From positions 5,005-69,004 of the forward strand of contig CAYNJC010000007.1 in assembly GCA_964397565.1 (NCBI GenBank): 64,000 nucleotides of DNA, read 5' to 3'. Source of the DNA: an uncultured bacterium. GTDB taxonomy: Bacteria > Auribacterota > UBA3054 > JAPLST01. The number at the start of each line of letters is the position of its first letter. Position 1 is the stretch's first letter. The translations under genes were made by a program, and so were the position numbers. This document shows, piece after piece, positions 16,856-27,430 of the stretch. The notes beneath the pieces are model-generated. The model saw only the letters and a program-made list of their open reading frames with translations, was not told where the DNA came from and did not search any database.

Positions 16856-17436
16856 TATGCCCGCTTGCCCATGTTCTTCCACGCCAGCACGAGGCCGAGC
16901 GTGAGAAATGCGCCGGGCGCCAGCACCATGACGCCAATCGGGCGCCAGCCGGGAAAGACGGTGAAGCCGAAGAATTTATTGGCGCCGAGCACTTCGCGAA
17001 TGCCGGCGATGATCACCAGTGCGATCAAGAAACCAATGCCCATGCCCAGGCCGTCCAGCAACGAACGCAGGGGCGTGACTTTTGCAGCAAAGGCTTCGGC
17101 GCGGCCGAGAATGATGCAGTTGACGACGATCAGTTTGATGAACAGGCCGATGGCTTTGCTGATATCAGGAAAATAGGCCGCCAAAACCAGATCCACGACC
17201 GTGACCAGGAATGCAATGATAATGATGTAGCACGGAATGCGGATCTCGGCGGGAATGACCTTGCGCACCAACGAGATTAGCACATTCGAGAGGGTCAAGA
17301 CGAAGATCGTCGAGACCCCCATGCCGATGGCGTTTTGCACGCTATTCGTGACAGCCAGGGCCGGGCATAAGCCGAGCGCCAGCACAAAGACCGGGTTCTT
17401 CTCCCAAAAGCCCTTGGTCAATTCATTGAGCAGCAT
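16855..17436 (-). CDS. rnfE: Rnf electron transport complex subunit E
   Basis: The sequence NPVFVLALGLCPALAVTNSVQNAIGMGVSTIFVL...LIVVNCIILGRAEAFA...GMGIGFLIALVIIAGIRE matches the RnfE/NqrD family. Confidence 0.88.
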   Translation of the reverse strand: MLLNELTKGFWEKNPVFVLALGLCPALAVTNSVQNAIGMGVSTIFVLTLSNVLISLVRKVIPAEIRIPCYIIIIAFLVTVVDLVLAAYFPDISKAIGLFIKLIVVNCIILGRAEAFAAKVTPLRSLLDGLGMGIGFLIALVIIAGIREVLGANKFFGFTVFPGWRPIGVMVLAPGAFLTLGLVLAWKNMGKRA

Positions 17437-17485
17437 GATGGTACCTTGGTAGAGTAGTCATAGGACCAGTAGCATTGATCGGTGG

Positions 17486-18139
17486 TCACTTGGCAGTGGC
17501 AGCGTGCGAGGCATGCCAGGCGAGAAAGGCAGCCACTGGTTCGCGCACGGCCTTGGTCACGGCTGCGCTGGTAATCGTTGCGCCGGAAATGGCCTCGATA
17601 CCAGTTGGCGCTTTTGTCTTTGTGACGACCAGGTCGGTGACGATCTTATTGGCGAATTGCGTTTGGAACGGCGGCAACTGCACGTGTGCGGCTGCCGGCG
17701 CAGCCGGGCGGAACAGGCCGGCAATGGCTTGCCACAGCGACTTCGTGGACGGCACGGCCTCGACTTCGGCGCCAAGGCCCGGCGTTTCGGCCTGGCTGAG
17801 CACTTTAATGCCGCGCAGCATGCCGTTGGTGCCGATCGCGCTGAGCACCCGCACTTGCGACTGATAGCCCTGCACGGCGTAATCCACTTCATAGCCAATG
17901 ATCGTGCCGGCCGCGTCAATGGCCTCGTAGTAAACCACCGCCTTGCCATTGAGTGGGAATGTCATTTCCGCGCTGAAGCGGGCGGCATCGGGCATCAGCA
18001 GTTGTTGCCCTTCGGTCAGTGACTTGCGCTGGGCCGCGGCGATTTTATCGCGGGTCAATTCATTGACGACATATAAGCCGACCCCAGCCACGCTGGAAAT
18101 GACGAGCAGAACCACGGCATAGTGCAGCATTTTCTTCAT
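17486..18139 (-). CDS. rnfG: Rnf electron transport complex subunit G (FMN-binding)
   Basis: An N-terminal TM is followed by an FMN_bind domain with the motif GIEAISGATITSAAV (the covalent FMN threonine motif SGAT). 217 aa. It overlaps rnfD by 4 nt. Confidence 0.85.
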   Translation of the reverse strand: MKKMLHYAVVLLVISSVAGVGLYVVNELTRDKIAAAQRKSLTEGQQLLMPDAARFSAEMTFPLNGKAVVYYEAIDAAGTIIGYEVDYAVQGYQSQVRVLSAIGTNGMLRGIKVLSQAETPGLGAEVEAVPSTKSLWQAIAGLFRPAAPAAAHVQLPPFQTQFANKIVTDLVVTKTKAPTGIEAISGATITSAAVTKAVREPVAAFLAWHASHAATAK

Positions 18140-19110
18140 GGGCGACTCTTGGAAAGATGGGTACCAAAGACACGGCGCGGGAAGGCCCGGTCAAGCCACG
18201 GCACGGTCGTGTTCATAATGAGAATGGCGTACGAAACGCCTTCGGGATAGCCGCCGAATTTGCGGATCAGGAAGGTCAGCAGGCCGCAGCCGACACCAAA
18301 GACCAGTTGGCCACGCGGCGTGAACGGGCTGGTGACCATGTCGGTGGCCATGAACCATGCCCCGAGCATGACGCCGCCGGCGAGGATGGCGACCAGCGGA
18401 TCACCGCCGCCGATGATGCTCGCCAGCGCCAGCGTCGCCAGGTACGTTACGGGAATATACCAGGAAATGATGCCGCGCACGAGCATGAAGATGCCGCCGG
18501 CCAGCAGGAGCGCCGCGGACGTTTCGCCGATACAGCCGCCGATATTGCCGATGAACAGGTCTTTGTAGAGCATGGCTTTGTCGCCGAAGTGCTGCACGAG
18601 GTAGTCCAGGCCGTGTTCTTTGAACATCATCAGCGGGGTGGCCGTAGTCGTGGCGTCAATCTGTGCGGCGGCACCGACAATCTTCCACGTGGTCATATCC
18701 TTTGGGTAGGCTGCCAGCAGAAAGGCGCGGCCGACCAGGGCCGGGTTGAATATGTTGCAGCCCAAGCCGCCGAAGCAGTGCTTGCCGATGGCCATGCCGG
18801 CGATCGTGCCGATGATCGGAATCCACCACGCGATGACCGGCGGAATGTTGCAGGCGACCAGCATGCCCATCACGACCGCGCTGCCGTCACCCAGCGTGAT
18901 GCGCTGACGCCGCACGGCTTGGCAGGCGGCCTCGGTGAGGGCGGCGGTGGCGACGCAGATGCCGATCAGGGCTGCGGAATACCAGCCGTAAATGTAGACG
19001 CTATACGCGCAGGCCGGCACGAGCGCGGCCACGACTGACCACATGATGCGCGGCACGGAATCGTTGGCGCGCAGGTGCGGCGAGGATGACGTGGAAAGGA
19101 GACCAGCCAT
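18136..19110 (-). CDS. rnfD: Rnf electron transport complex subunit D
   Basis: 324-aa polytopic protein: SSSPHLRANDSVPRIMW..., FNPALVGRAFLLAAYP, IDATTTATPL, GETSALLLAGG. The size fits RnfD (about 320-350 aa) rather than NqrB (about 410 aa). Confidence 0.85.
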   Translation of the reverse strand: MAGLLSTSSSPHLRANDSVPRIMWSVVAALVPACAYSVYIYGWYSAALIGICVATAALTEAACQAVRRQRITLGDGSAVVMGMLVACNIPPVIAWWIPIIGTIAGMAIGKHCFGGLGCNIFNPALVGRAFLLAAYPKDMTTWKIVGAAAQIDATTTATPLMMFKEHGLDYLVQHFGDKAMLYKDLFIGNIGGCIGETSAALLLAGGIFMLVRGIISWYIPVTYLATLALASIIGGGDPLVAILAGGVMLGAWFMATDMVTSPFTPRGQLVFGVGCGLLTFLIRKFGGYPEGVSYAILIMNTTVPWLDRAFPRRVFGTHLSKSRP

Positions 19111-19113
19111 AAC

Positions 19114-19641
19114 TTAGTGCGGGTATGTGGGATTGAGCATGCATGACGGTGCCACCAGGCGCACCATTTCGCGCGATGCGGCAATACACGTGTCGTAGAG
19201 TTGCACAATGGTTTGATGCAGGCGTGGATGGACAAAGCGTGGCGCAAGTTGGCGCAAGGGCGCCAATACGAAGAGACGTTCGTGCAGGCGCGGATGCGGC
19301 AAGGTCAGCGCCGGCGCATCGGCAATCAGCTCGCCAAAAAAAAGCAGATCAAGGTCGAGGGTGCGTGGCGCATTGCGCTGGGTGCGCGTGCGGCCGGCCT
19401 GTTGCTCGATCTGCAGGAGCGTGTCCAACAGCGCCGCCGGCTGCAAATCTGTTTGGCATTCCAGCACGGCATTGTAAAACGCAGATGCGCCGGGCGGGCA
19501 GTCAACCGGCGTCGTTTCAAACACACCGGAGATGGCGGAGGCAGGCGCGCCGGCCTCGTGTAGCGCCGTGACTGCCTGGCGCAAATGCGCGAGCCGATCA
19601 CCCACATTGCTGCCAAGGGCGATGTAGCAGGTCGTGCTCAT
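19114..19641 (-). CDS. folK: 2-amino-4-hydroxy-6-hydroxymethyldihydropteridine diphosphokinase (HPPK)
   Basis: [20 protein letters not shown]......[10 protein letters not shown]...[17 protein letters not shown]...GR.R...[11 protein letters not shown].....I......LPHPR...R.FVL.PL matches the canonical HPPK pattern. Confidence 0.9.
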   Translation of the reverse strand: MSTTCYIALGSNVGDRLAHLRQAVTALHEAGAPASAISGVFETTPVDCPPGASAFYNAVLECQTDLQPAALLDTLLQIEQQAGRTRTQRNAPRTLDLDLLFFGELIADAPALTLPHPRLHERLFVLAPLRQLAPRFVHPRLHQTIVQLYDTCIAASREMVRLVAPSCMLNPTYPH

Positions 19642-20078
19642 TGCGGGCGTTTTTTCCGCGGTGAGCGTGTGGCACGATACGCAACGCGTCCCTCCGCGGC
19701 GTGAAAGCCGATGGCCTTACGCGGCTTGACGGGCGGCAACATCAAGGCGCGCATGATGGCGATATTCACTTGGACGGCGCGTTCAGAGCGCAGCACGCTG
19801 GAGAGCATGGCGACGCCCTGCTCGGTGAAGCAAAACGGTAAGTACTTGCGGTTCAATACAGTAAAGGTCACAGTTTGTGACCTTTGAATTTGAGATTCAG
19901 TTGCAGTCAGTTGGAAAACGAAATCGTCAGGAAACCTCTGTGAATTACGTTTCACCGCCTGAAGCAGAGCTTTTGTCGGCACGCCATACAGTGCGGCGAG
20001 GTCGGCATCCAGCAGCACCTTTCGCCCACGGATTAGCAGGATGCGTTGCTCGAGCGCGTCTAACGAAGGGTTGTACAT
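19638..20078 (-). CDS. ORF6N (KilA-N-like) DNA-binding domain protein
   Basis: From ATG 20078: [45 protein letters not shown]...RSQ...[36 protein letters not shown], which matches the ORF6N domain consensus. A lower-GC patch spans 19.84-19.96 kb. It has an ATGA overlap with folK. The track start at 20393 is an antisense-type extension over the aminotransferase gene. Confidence 0.75.
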   Translation of the reverse strand: MYNPSLDALEQRILLIRGRKVLLDADLAALYGVPTKALLQAVKRNSQRFPDDFVFQLTATESQIQRSQTVTFTVLNRKYLPFCFTEQGVAMLSSVLRSERAVQVNIAIMRALMLPPVKPRKAIGFHAAEGRVAYRATRSPRKKRPQ

Positions 20079-20089
20079 CGGGCCGCGAC

Positions 20090-21262
20090 TCAACCGTAGA
20101 GTTTGAGTTTCTGAATGCGCGCGACGGCCTCGCGCAGGCGCTCTTTCGGCGCGGTCAAGGTCATGCGCACAAAACCTTCGCCACTGGGACCCAAGCCGTT
20201 GCCGGGGGTGGTGACAATCGCAGCTTGTTCGAGCAGCGTCATGGTGGTCTGGGCGGAGGTCATGCCCTGGGGCACTGGCGCCCAGACATAAAACGCGCCC
20301 TGCGGCGGCTCGACCGCGCAGCCACACGCGCGCAGGCCTTGGATCAACACATCGCGGCGTTCCTGGTACATCGCCAGCAGCGTGGCATGGCACTCCTGCG
20401 GACCAGTCAGCGCGGCGATGGCGGCATCCTGCACCGCGCCGAAAATGCCCGAATCCAAATTCGATTTGACTTTGGCGAGGCCGGCCAGCAGGTCGCGATT
20501 GCCGGCCGCGAAGGCGACGCGCCAGCCGGTCATGCTATAGGTTTTGGATAACGAATAATACTCGAGGCCGACGTCCTTCGCGCCCGGCACTTCGAGAAAT
20601 GACGGCGGTTTGACGCCGTCGTAATACACATCACAATAGGCGGCGTCGTGGCAGACCAGAATGTCGTGCTGGTGGGCGAAGGCGACCACCTCTGCGAAGA
20701 ACGAGCGTGGCGCGATCGTCGCGGTCGGATTGTTCGGATAGCACAAGAACATCAGGCGCGCGCGGCGGGCGACGTCGGCGGGGATGGCGCTCAGGTCGGG
20801 CAGATAGTTGCGGGCACGGGTGAGCGGCATCCAATGCGTGACGCCGCCGGCGAAGAGCGTGCCGGAATGGTACACCGGATAGCCGGGTTCGGGCACGAGC
20901 ACGACATCGCCCGGATTGACGAACGCAAGATGAATGTGGCCGATGCCTTCTTTCGAGCCGAGCAGCGGCAGGATTTCGGTGTCCGGATCAAGCGTGACGC
21001 CGAAGCGGCGCTGATAATGCGCGGCGCAGGCCTGGCGCAAGGCGGGCTTGCCCTGGTCGAGCGCGTATTGATGATTGCCCGGTTCGAGCGCGGCGCGCTG
21101 CAGGGCGGCGACAATGTGCGCCGGCGTGGGCGTGTCGGGATCGCCGACGCCGAGATTGATGACGTCTTTGCCTTGCGCGATGAGCGCGCGTTTGACTTTG
21201 TCGATTTCGGCAAAGAGGTAGGGCGGCAGGTGCTGCAGGCGTTGCGCAAACGAGGTCGTCAC
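20090..21262 (-). CDS. dapL: class I/II aminotransferase, LL-diaminopimelate aminotransferase-like
   Basis: [36 protein letters not shown]...GSKEG...YPNNPT...[16 protein letters not shown] contains the PLP lysine SKT. This pattern is what I recall for proteins annotated LL-DAP aminotransferase (PRK09276-like). Substrate specificity is not provable from sequence alone. Confidence 0.7.
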   Translation of the reverse strand: MTTSFAQRLQHLPPYLFAEIDKVKRALIAQGKDVINLGVGDPDTPTPAHIVAALQRAALEPGNHQYALDQGKPALRQACAAHYQRRFGVTLDPDTEILPLLGSKEGIGHIHLAFVNPGDVVLVPEPGYPVYHSGTLFAGGVTHWMPLTRARNYLPDLSAIPADVARRARLMFLCYPNNPTATIAPRSFFAEVVAFAHQHDILVCHDAAYCDVYYDGVKPPSFLEVPGAKDVGLEYYSLSKTYSMTGWRVAFAAGNRDLLAGLAKVKSNLDSGIFGAVQDAAIAALTGPQECHATLLAMYQERRDVLIQGLRACGCAVEPPQGAFYVWAPVPQGMTSAQTTMTLLEQAAIVTTPGNGLGPSGEGFVRMTLTAPKERLREAVARIQKLKLYG

Positions 21263-21313
21263 GGGCAGTGCATCTCCAAGCGTTAAACGTAGGCAATCCC
21301 AATTAACTGGCAG

Positions 21314-21322
21314 ATTATAGCA
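21314..21322 (-). promoter_or_regulatory. putative extended -10 (TGCTATAAT, minus strand) for the aminotransferase-ORF6N-folK-rnf transcription unit
   Basis: ATTATAGCA on the plus strand, about 52 nt upstream of ATG 21262. Confidence 0.45.
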
Positions 21323-21351
21323 CAGCCGGCGTGAAAAATCAAAGCGGAATT

Positions 21352-21360
21352 TGGTATAAT
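21352..21360 (+). promoter_or_regulatory. putative extended -10 (TGGTATAAT) for bioA
   Basis: TGGTATAAT at 21352-21360, 32 nt upstream of the TTG start at 21392. Confidence 0.45.
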
Positions 21361-21391
21361 TCCTTTTGTTATGCTAACCGAAGGAATGTGA

Positions 21392-22744
21392 TTGACCGGT
21401 GTTGATGACATACTGCAGTTGGATCGCGCGTATGTGTGGCACCCCTGCACACAGATGAAAGATCATGAGCAGCAGCCACCGCTCGAAATTGTGCGCGGCT
21501 GTGGCGCACTGCTCTTTGACGCCGCGGGCCGGCGCTATATTGACGGCATTTCCTCATGGTGGGTGAATTTGCTGGGGCATGCGCATCCGCGCTTGACGCG
21601 CGTGCTGCAGGAACAGGCGGCCACGCTCGAACAGGTTATTTTTGCGGGCTTCACGCATGCGCCGGGCGCGCGGCTGGCGGCGCGGCTGTGCGCGGCGGCG
21701 CCCGGCGGCTATGCCAAGGTCTTTTATGCCGATTGCGGTTCGGCTGCGGTGGAAGTCGCGTTGAAAATGTCGTTTCAATTTTGGCAGCAGACCGGGCAGC
21801 CGCGCAAGCGCCGGTTTGTCTCCGTGCGCGGCGCCTATCACGGCGAGACGCTCGGCGCGCTGTCACTCGGCGGCCTGGCGTTGTACCGCGAGAAATTCGC
21901 GCCGCTGCTGCTCGACACGCTGATGGTGCCGGGTCCGGATTGCTTTCGCTGCCCGTTCCAAAAAGCGCGCGCCACCTGCGCGGCCGAGTGCTTTGCACCC
22001 ATGCAGGCGGCGCTCGACGCGCACGCCGCCGACGTGGCCGGTGTGTTCATCGAGCCGCTGGTGCAATGCGCGAACGGGATGAACATGTACAGCCCGGTGT
22101 ATTTGCAGAAGCTGGCGGCGGCGTGTGCGGCAGCCGGCGTGCATCTGATTGCCGACGAGATCGCCGTGGGCTTTGGCCGGACGGGCACGCTGTTCGCCAG
22201 TGAGCAGGCGGGGATCGCGCCCGATTTACTGTGCTTGTCGAAAGGACTGACGGGTGGGTACATGCCGTTTGCGGCCGTGCTGGTGCGGGATGCGCAGATG
22301 TTCGACGCATTTTACGGCGAGTATTCAGAAATGAAGGCATTTTACCACAGTCATTCCTACACGGGCAATCCGATGGCGTGCCGGCTCGCGCTGGAAACGA
22401 TGGACATACTCACAGCAGAGGCACTGCCGGCGTTGCCGGTGCGGATCGCGGCCCTGCAACGAGTGCTGGCGTCGCTGGCGGGGCTGGCGCACGTGGGCGA
22501 GACGCGCCAATGCGGATTTATCGGCGCCATCGAGCTGGTAGCTGCGCGGGCGGGCAAGCGCGCGTATCCGCCTGAACAGCGGATTGGTTGGCAGGTATAT
22601 CGCGCGGCGCTGCGACGCGGTGCAATTTTGCGGCCGCTCGGCGATGTGCTGTATTTTTTGACGCCCTTGACGATCCCGCTGGAGCTTCTTGAAGAACTGG
22701 GCGCCATTGCGCGCGACAGTATCCGCGAGGTGACGGAGCGATGA
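21392..22744 (+). CDS. bioA: adenosylmethionine-8-amino-7-oxononanoate aminotransferase
   Basis: LDRAYVWHPCTQMKDHE..PPLEIVRG.G..L.D..GRRYIDGISSWWVNLLGHAHP...AYHGETLGALS...ADEIAVGFGRTGTLFA...CLSKGLTGGYMP is the canonical BioA pattern. The start is a TTG (the track shows M). No other bio genes are adjacent. Confidence 0.88.
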   Translation: MTGVDDILQLDRAYVWHPCTQMKDHEQQPPLEIVRGCGALLFDAAGRRYIDGISSWWVNLLGHAHPRLTRVLQEQAATLEQVIFAGFTHAPGARLAARLCAAAPGGYAKVFYADCGSAAVEVALKMSFQFWQQTGQPRKRRFVSVRGAYHGETLGALSLGGLALYREKFAPLLLDTLMVPGPDCFRCPFQKARATCAAECFAPMQAALDAHAADVAGVFIEPLVQCANGMNMYSPVYLQKLAAACAAAGVHLIADEIAVGFGRTGTLFASEQAGIAPDLLCLSKGLTGGYMPFAAVLVRDAQMFDAFYGEYSEMKAFYHSHSYTGNPMACRLALETMDILTAEALPALPVRIAALQRVLASLAGLAHVGETRQCGFIGAIELVAARAGKRAYPPEQRIGWQVYRAALRRGAILRPLGDVLYFLTPLTIPLELLEELGAIARDSIREVTER

Positions 22745-24402
22745 GCACGACTGACGCGGTGTCATGGAGTGGCCGGACGATGGGCGCCTATAGCGTGCTG
22801 CTCGAGATTGGGCGCGGGCGCAGCGGCGTCGTGTATCTTGCGGAAGAGACGACCACGCAGCAAAAGGTGGCGCTGAAAATATACGCCGCCGGGCCCTGTG
22901 GCGAGTCGGCGCTGCTGGCGGCGCAGGCGCTGCAAACCGCGCACCACGACGGGGTGGCCCGTGTGCATGCCTGCGGTCGTGAGGACGAGCGGGTGTGGGT
23001 GGTGACTGAGTATGTGCTGTTCGAGCCGTTGCGTGCGGATGCGCGCGTCGGCCAGATTGCGTTTGCCAAGAATCTCTCCGAGTATATGAGCGAGCACGCC
23101 GGCCTGCTGGACGAGTGCACGGTGGCGGCGCTGCTGCTCAACCTGTGTGATGCGCTCCTGCACGTCCATGCGCAGGCGCTGCCAGGCTATGGTGGGATTC
23201 ATCCGCATAATATATTACTGCAGCGGGATGAGCAGGGCGCGTTGCGGGCATTGTTGACGGACATTGGCATGAGTGGGGGGCGGCTGCGCCGCTCGGCGGC
23301 GGATGCCTACTTGAGTCCGGAGGAATTGCAGGGGCAGCCCGCGACGGCGCAGAGTGATATATATGGCCTGGGTGCGCTGGCCTACTTTCTGTTGACCAGT
23401 GTTGCGCCGCCCTCGCCGCTGGTCGAGCCGACGCGCATCCGCCAAACTTGCGATCCGGGTTGGGATGCACTGGTGCGGCGCGCATTGAAGTATGAACCCG
23501 AGCGGCGGTACCGCTCCTATCAGGATTTTCGTGCCGAGGTCGCCGAGATTGTGGCACGGATCAAGAAACCCTTCTGGAGAAAATGTATGCGGGTGGTGTA
23601 TTTCACGAACATGTTTATTGGGTTGGTGATTCTGGCGGGTGCGCTGACCGGCATCATTTATTATTTGCGCAGCGAACGGCTGGCGTCGAATGCCGCGCCG
23701 CCGGATATGATTGAGGAGTTGACGCCGGCGCCAGTGCTGACCGAACCACCCGCGCTGCCACAGAGCAGCATGCTGACGGTGGGCGCCGACGACAGCAACG
23801 TGCCGCCGGTGCTGCCGGAAGCGTCGTCGAACAACCTGCTGGACACCACCAGTGCGGTTGCGATCGGCAGCCCGACTAGTCCGACCGGTTCGACAAATCA
23901 GACGAGTCCGACACCTGCAGCCGTGCCGGTGGCTGTTGTAGAACCCGCGGTGCCGGCGGCTGCCGTGCCGGAACCTACACCGGCGGCAGCCGTGCCCGAA
24001 CCCGCGCCGGCAGAAATCGCGCAGGTGTATGTCGTCAAGCCGCATGACACGCTCTGGCGGATTGCGAAGCAGCACGGCATGACCGTGGCGGAATTGTTGG
24101 CACTGAACGGACTGGCGGACAATGTCGTGATTCGGGCAGGGCAGCACTTGCAGGTGCGCGGTAGTGCCAGTACCAGCGTGCCAGACCAGCCCGCGCCTGC
24201 CGCAACGCCGACTGCACCCGTGCCAGCAGCCACGCCGACCACGCCGGTGTACACGCAGTACACGGTGCAGCCAGGCGACACCTATTACAGCATTGCGCGC
24301 AAATTCGGGTGTGCGGTTCAGGAGCTGCAGCGCGTCAACACGAATCAAGCGTTGCGCTTTGACCAGATCATTCAGGTGCCCGGAGTGCAGCGGCATGACT
24401 AG
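22741..24402 (+). CDS. Ser/Thr-kinase-like (predicted pseudokinase) - TM - Pro/Ala linker - 2x LysM protein
   Basis: The Gly loop IGRGRSGVVY, VALKIY, DIG (for DFG) and SPEEL (for APE) are present. The catalytic loop reads GGIHPHNILL instead of HRDxKxxN, so there is no catalytic Asp and the loop is 4 residues shorter. The TM is VVYFTNMFIGLVILAGALTGIIYYL. The two LysM domains are YVVKPHDTLWRIAKQHGMTVAELLALNGL and YTVQPGDTYYSIARKFGCAVQELQRVN. ATGA overlap with the bioA stop. Confidence 0.8.
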   Translation: MSTTDAVSWSGRTMGAYSVLLEIGRGRSGVVYLAEETTTQQKVALKIYAAGPCGESALLAAQALQTAHHDGVARVHACGREDERVWVVTEYVLFEPLRADARVGQIAFAKNLSEYMSEHAGLLDECTVAALLLNLCDALLHVHAQALPGYGGIHPHNILLQRDEQGALRALLTDIGMSGGRLRRSAADAYLSPEELQGQPATAQSDIYGLGALAYFLLTSVAPPSPLVEPTRIRQTCDPGWDALVRRALKYEPERRYRSYQDFRAEVAEIVARIKKPFWRKCMRVVYFTNMFIGLVILAGALTGIIYYLRSERLASNAAPPDMIEELTPAPVLTEPPALPQSSMLTVGADDSNVPPVLPEASSNNLLDTTSAVAIGSPTSPTGSTNQTSPTPAAVPVAVVEPAVPAAAVPEPTPAAAVPEPAPAEIAQVYVVKPHDTLWRIAKQHGMTVAELLALNGLADNVVIRAGQHLQVRGSASTSVPDQPAPAATPTAPVPAATPTTPVYTQYTVQPGDTYYSIARKFGCAVQELQRVNTNQALRFDQIIQVPGVQRHD

Positions 24403-25270
24403 TCACCGGCGCACAAAACGCGCCACCTTGGTGGCGATTGACTTGGACGGCACGCTGTTGCGCGACGACAAGGTCATTTCCGAGTTCAGCCTGGTGACGT
24501 TGCGTTTGCTAAGCCAGGCGGGCATCCACATTGCCTTTGTCACCGGGCGGCGCGCGCGGATCGCCGCGCCGGTCTTGGCGCCGGTTACGTTTCCCGCGTG
24601 GGCGGTGCTGAACAACGGGCCGGTGGGCATCGCGCTGCCGGGCCACACGCGCTGCTTTACGCGCTATATCAGTCCGGTGGTGGTGCAGGAAGTCATTGCC
24701 TGTCTGCATACCGTGGGCCGGCCGCCGGTGATTGTGGTCGACCCGGCCGGCACGCCGGTCGATTTGATCATGGATCGCGCGTTGCTGCAGATCCCCTTGT
24801 ATCAAGAGTATGCGGCCCGACATGAGGGCTATCTCACGATCACCGACGATCTTGCGGGCAGTGCCTTGCTCGCGCGTGCGGTCGCCATGTTCTTGTGCGA
24901 GCCCGAGAGCGCTGTGCCCGCGTTGCGCGCGCATTTGACGACCGCGCTGGGCGATTGCATCGAGCACCGCGCGCTCGACAATCTGGAATATATTCACGAC
25001 CATCGCATTGTCGAAATGGTCGAGCCGGGGCTGACCAAATGGAACGGCATTGAGATGCTGATGGAAGCCCTGGCGCTCGAGGATGCGCGCGTGATCGCGT
25101 TCGGCGACGACCACAATGATCTGGACATGCTGACCGCCGCGGCCATGAGTTTTGCGCCGCGCAATGCGATTCAAGCCGCGAAGCAAGCCGCAGATGACAT
25201 TATTCCGAGCAACAACGACGACGGCGTTGCCGTCACGTTGCGCAAGCTCTTTCCGGATGTCTTTGACTAA
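24395..25270 (+). CDS. Cof-type HAD-IIB family hydrolase (sugar phosphatase-like)
   Basis: From ATG 24395: LVAIDLDGTLL (motif I), FVTGR (motif II), FGDDHNDLDML (motif IV). It overlaps the kinase-like gene by 8 nt. Confidence 0.85.
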   Translation: MTSHRRTKRATLVAIDLDGTLLRDDKVISEFSLVTLRLLSQAGIHIAFVTGRRARIAAPVLAPVTFPAWAVLNNGPVGIALPGHTRCFTRYISPVVVQEVIACLHTVGRPPVIVVDPAGTPVDLIMDRALLQIPLYQEYAARHEGYLTITDDLAGSALLARAVAMFLCEPESAVPALRAHLTTALGDCIEHRALDNLEYIHDHRIVEMVEPGLTKWNGIEMLMEALALEDARVIAFGDDHNDLDMLTAAAMSFAPRNAIQAAKQAADDIIPSNNDDGVAVTLRKLFPDVFD

Positions 25271-27289
<2,019 letters not shown>

Positions 27290-27346
27290 ATGAGCAACGA
27301 TTAGAGATTTGAAATTTGAGATGGAATGGCCTACAATAGGAATAAT

Positions 27347-27427
27347 GCGAGAGTGGCGGAATTGGCAGACGCGCCAGATTTAGGTTCTGGTGTCAATGAC
27401 GTGTGGGTTCAAGTCCCTCCTCTCGCA
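27347..27427 (+). tRNA. tRNA-Leu, anticodon UAG (class II, long variable arm; no encoded CCA)
   Basis: GCGAGAG-TG-GCGGAATTGGCAGACGC-G-CCAGA-TTTAGGT-TCTGG-TGTCAATGACGTG-TGGGTTCAAGTCCCT-C-CTCTCGC-A. The acceptor stem is a perfect 7 bp and the anticodon stem a perfect 5 bp, with loop TT-TAG-GT. The 5' half nearly matches E. coli tRNA-Leu (GTGGCGGAATTGGTAGACGCGC). There is one U-U mismatch in the T stem. It is overlapped by the spurious N-terminus of track ORF 27326. Confidence 0.85.
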
Positions 27428-27430
27428 CTT

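Noticed and set aside
16797-16937. Long N-terminal extension of the four-helix-bundle ORF (track start 16937) and similar extensions at 20079-20393, 24164-24394, 36142-36198, 36889-36987, 39999-40187, 41180-41467, 45599-45643, 46462-46584 and 47273-47413
   Set aside because: These extensions overlap the 3' ends of upstream genes and have antisense or out-of-frame-like composition. In each case an internal ATG or GTG with a 4-nt stop/start overlap, an SD or a signal peptide gives a start consistent with the protein family.
15596-19110. Na+-NQR (nqrB-C-D-E) instead of Rnf
   Set aside because: The gene order fits both. The subunit sizes (D/B homolog 324 aa, G/C homolog 217 aa) and the motifs (LGLCPALAVT in the E subunit, GNCPYVGVS in the A subunit) fit Rnf better. 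Neither nqrA nor nqrF is present.
23890-24005. AAVPEP repeats in the kinase-like protein as PEP-CTERM signals
   Set aside because: They are internal and part of a Pro/Ala-rich linker. No TM and basic tail follows them, so they are low-complexity sequence, not a sorting signal.
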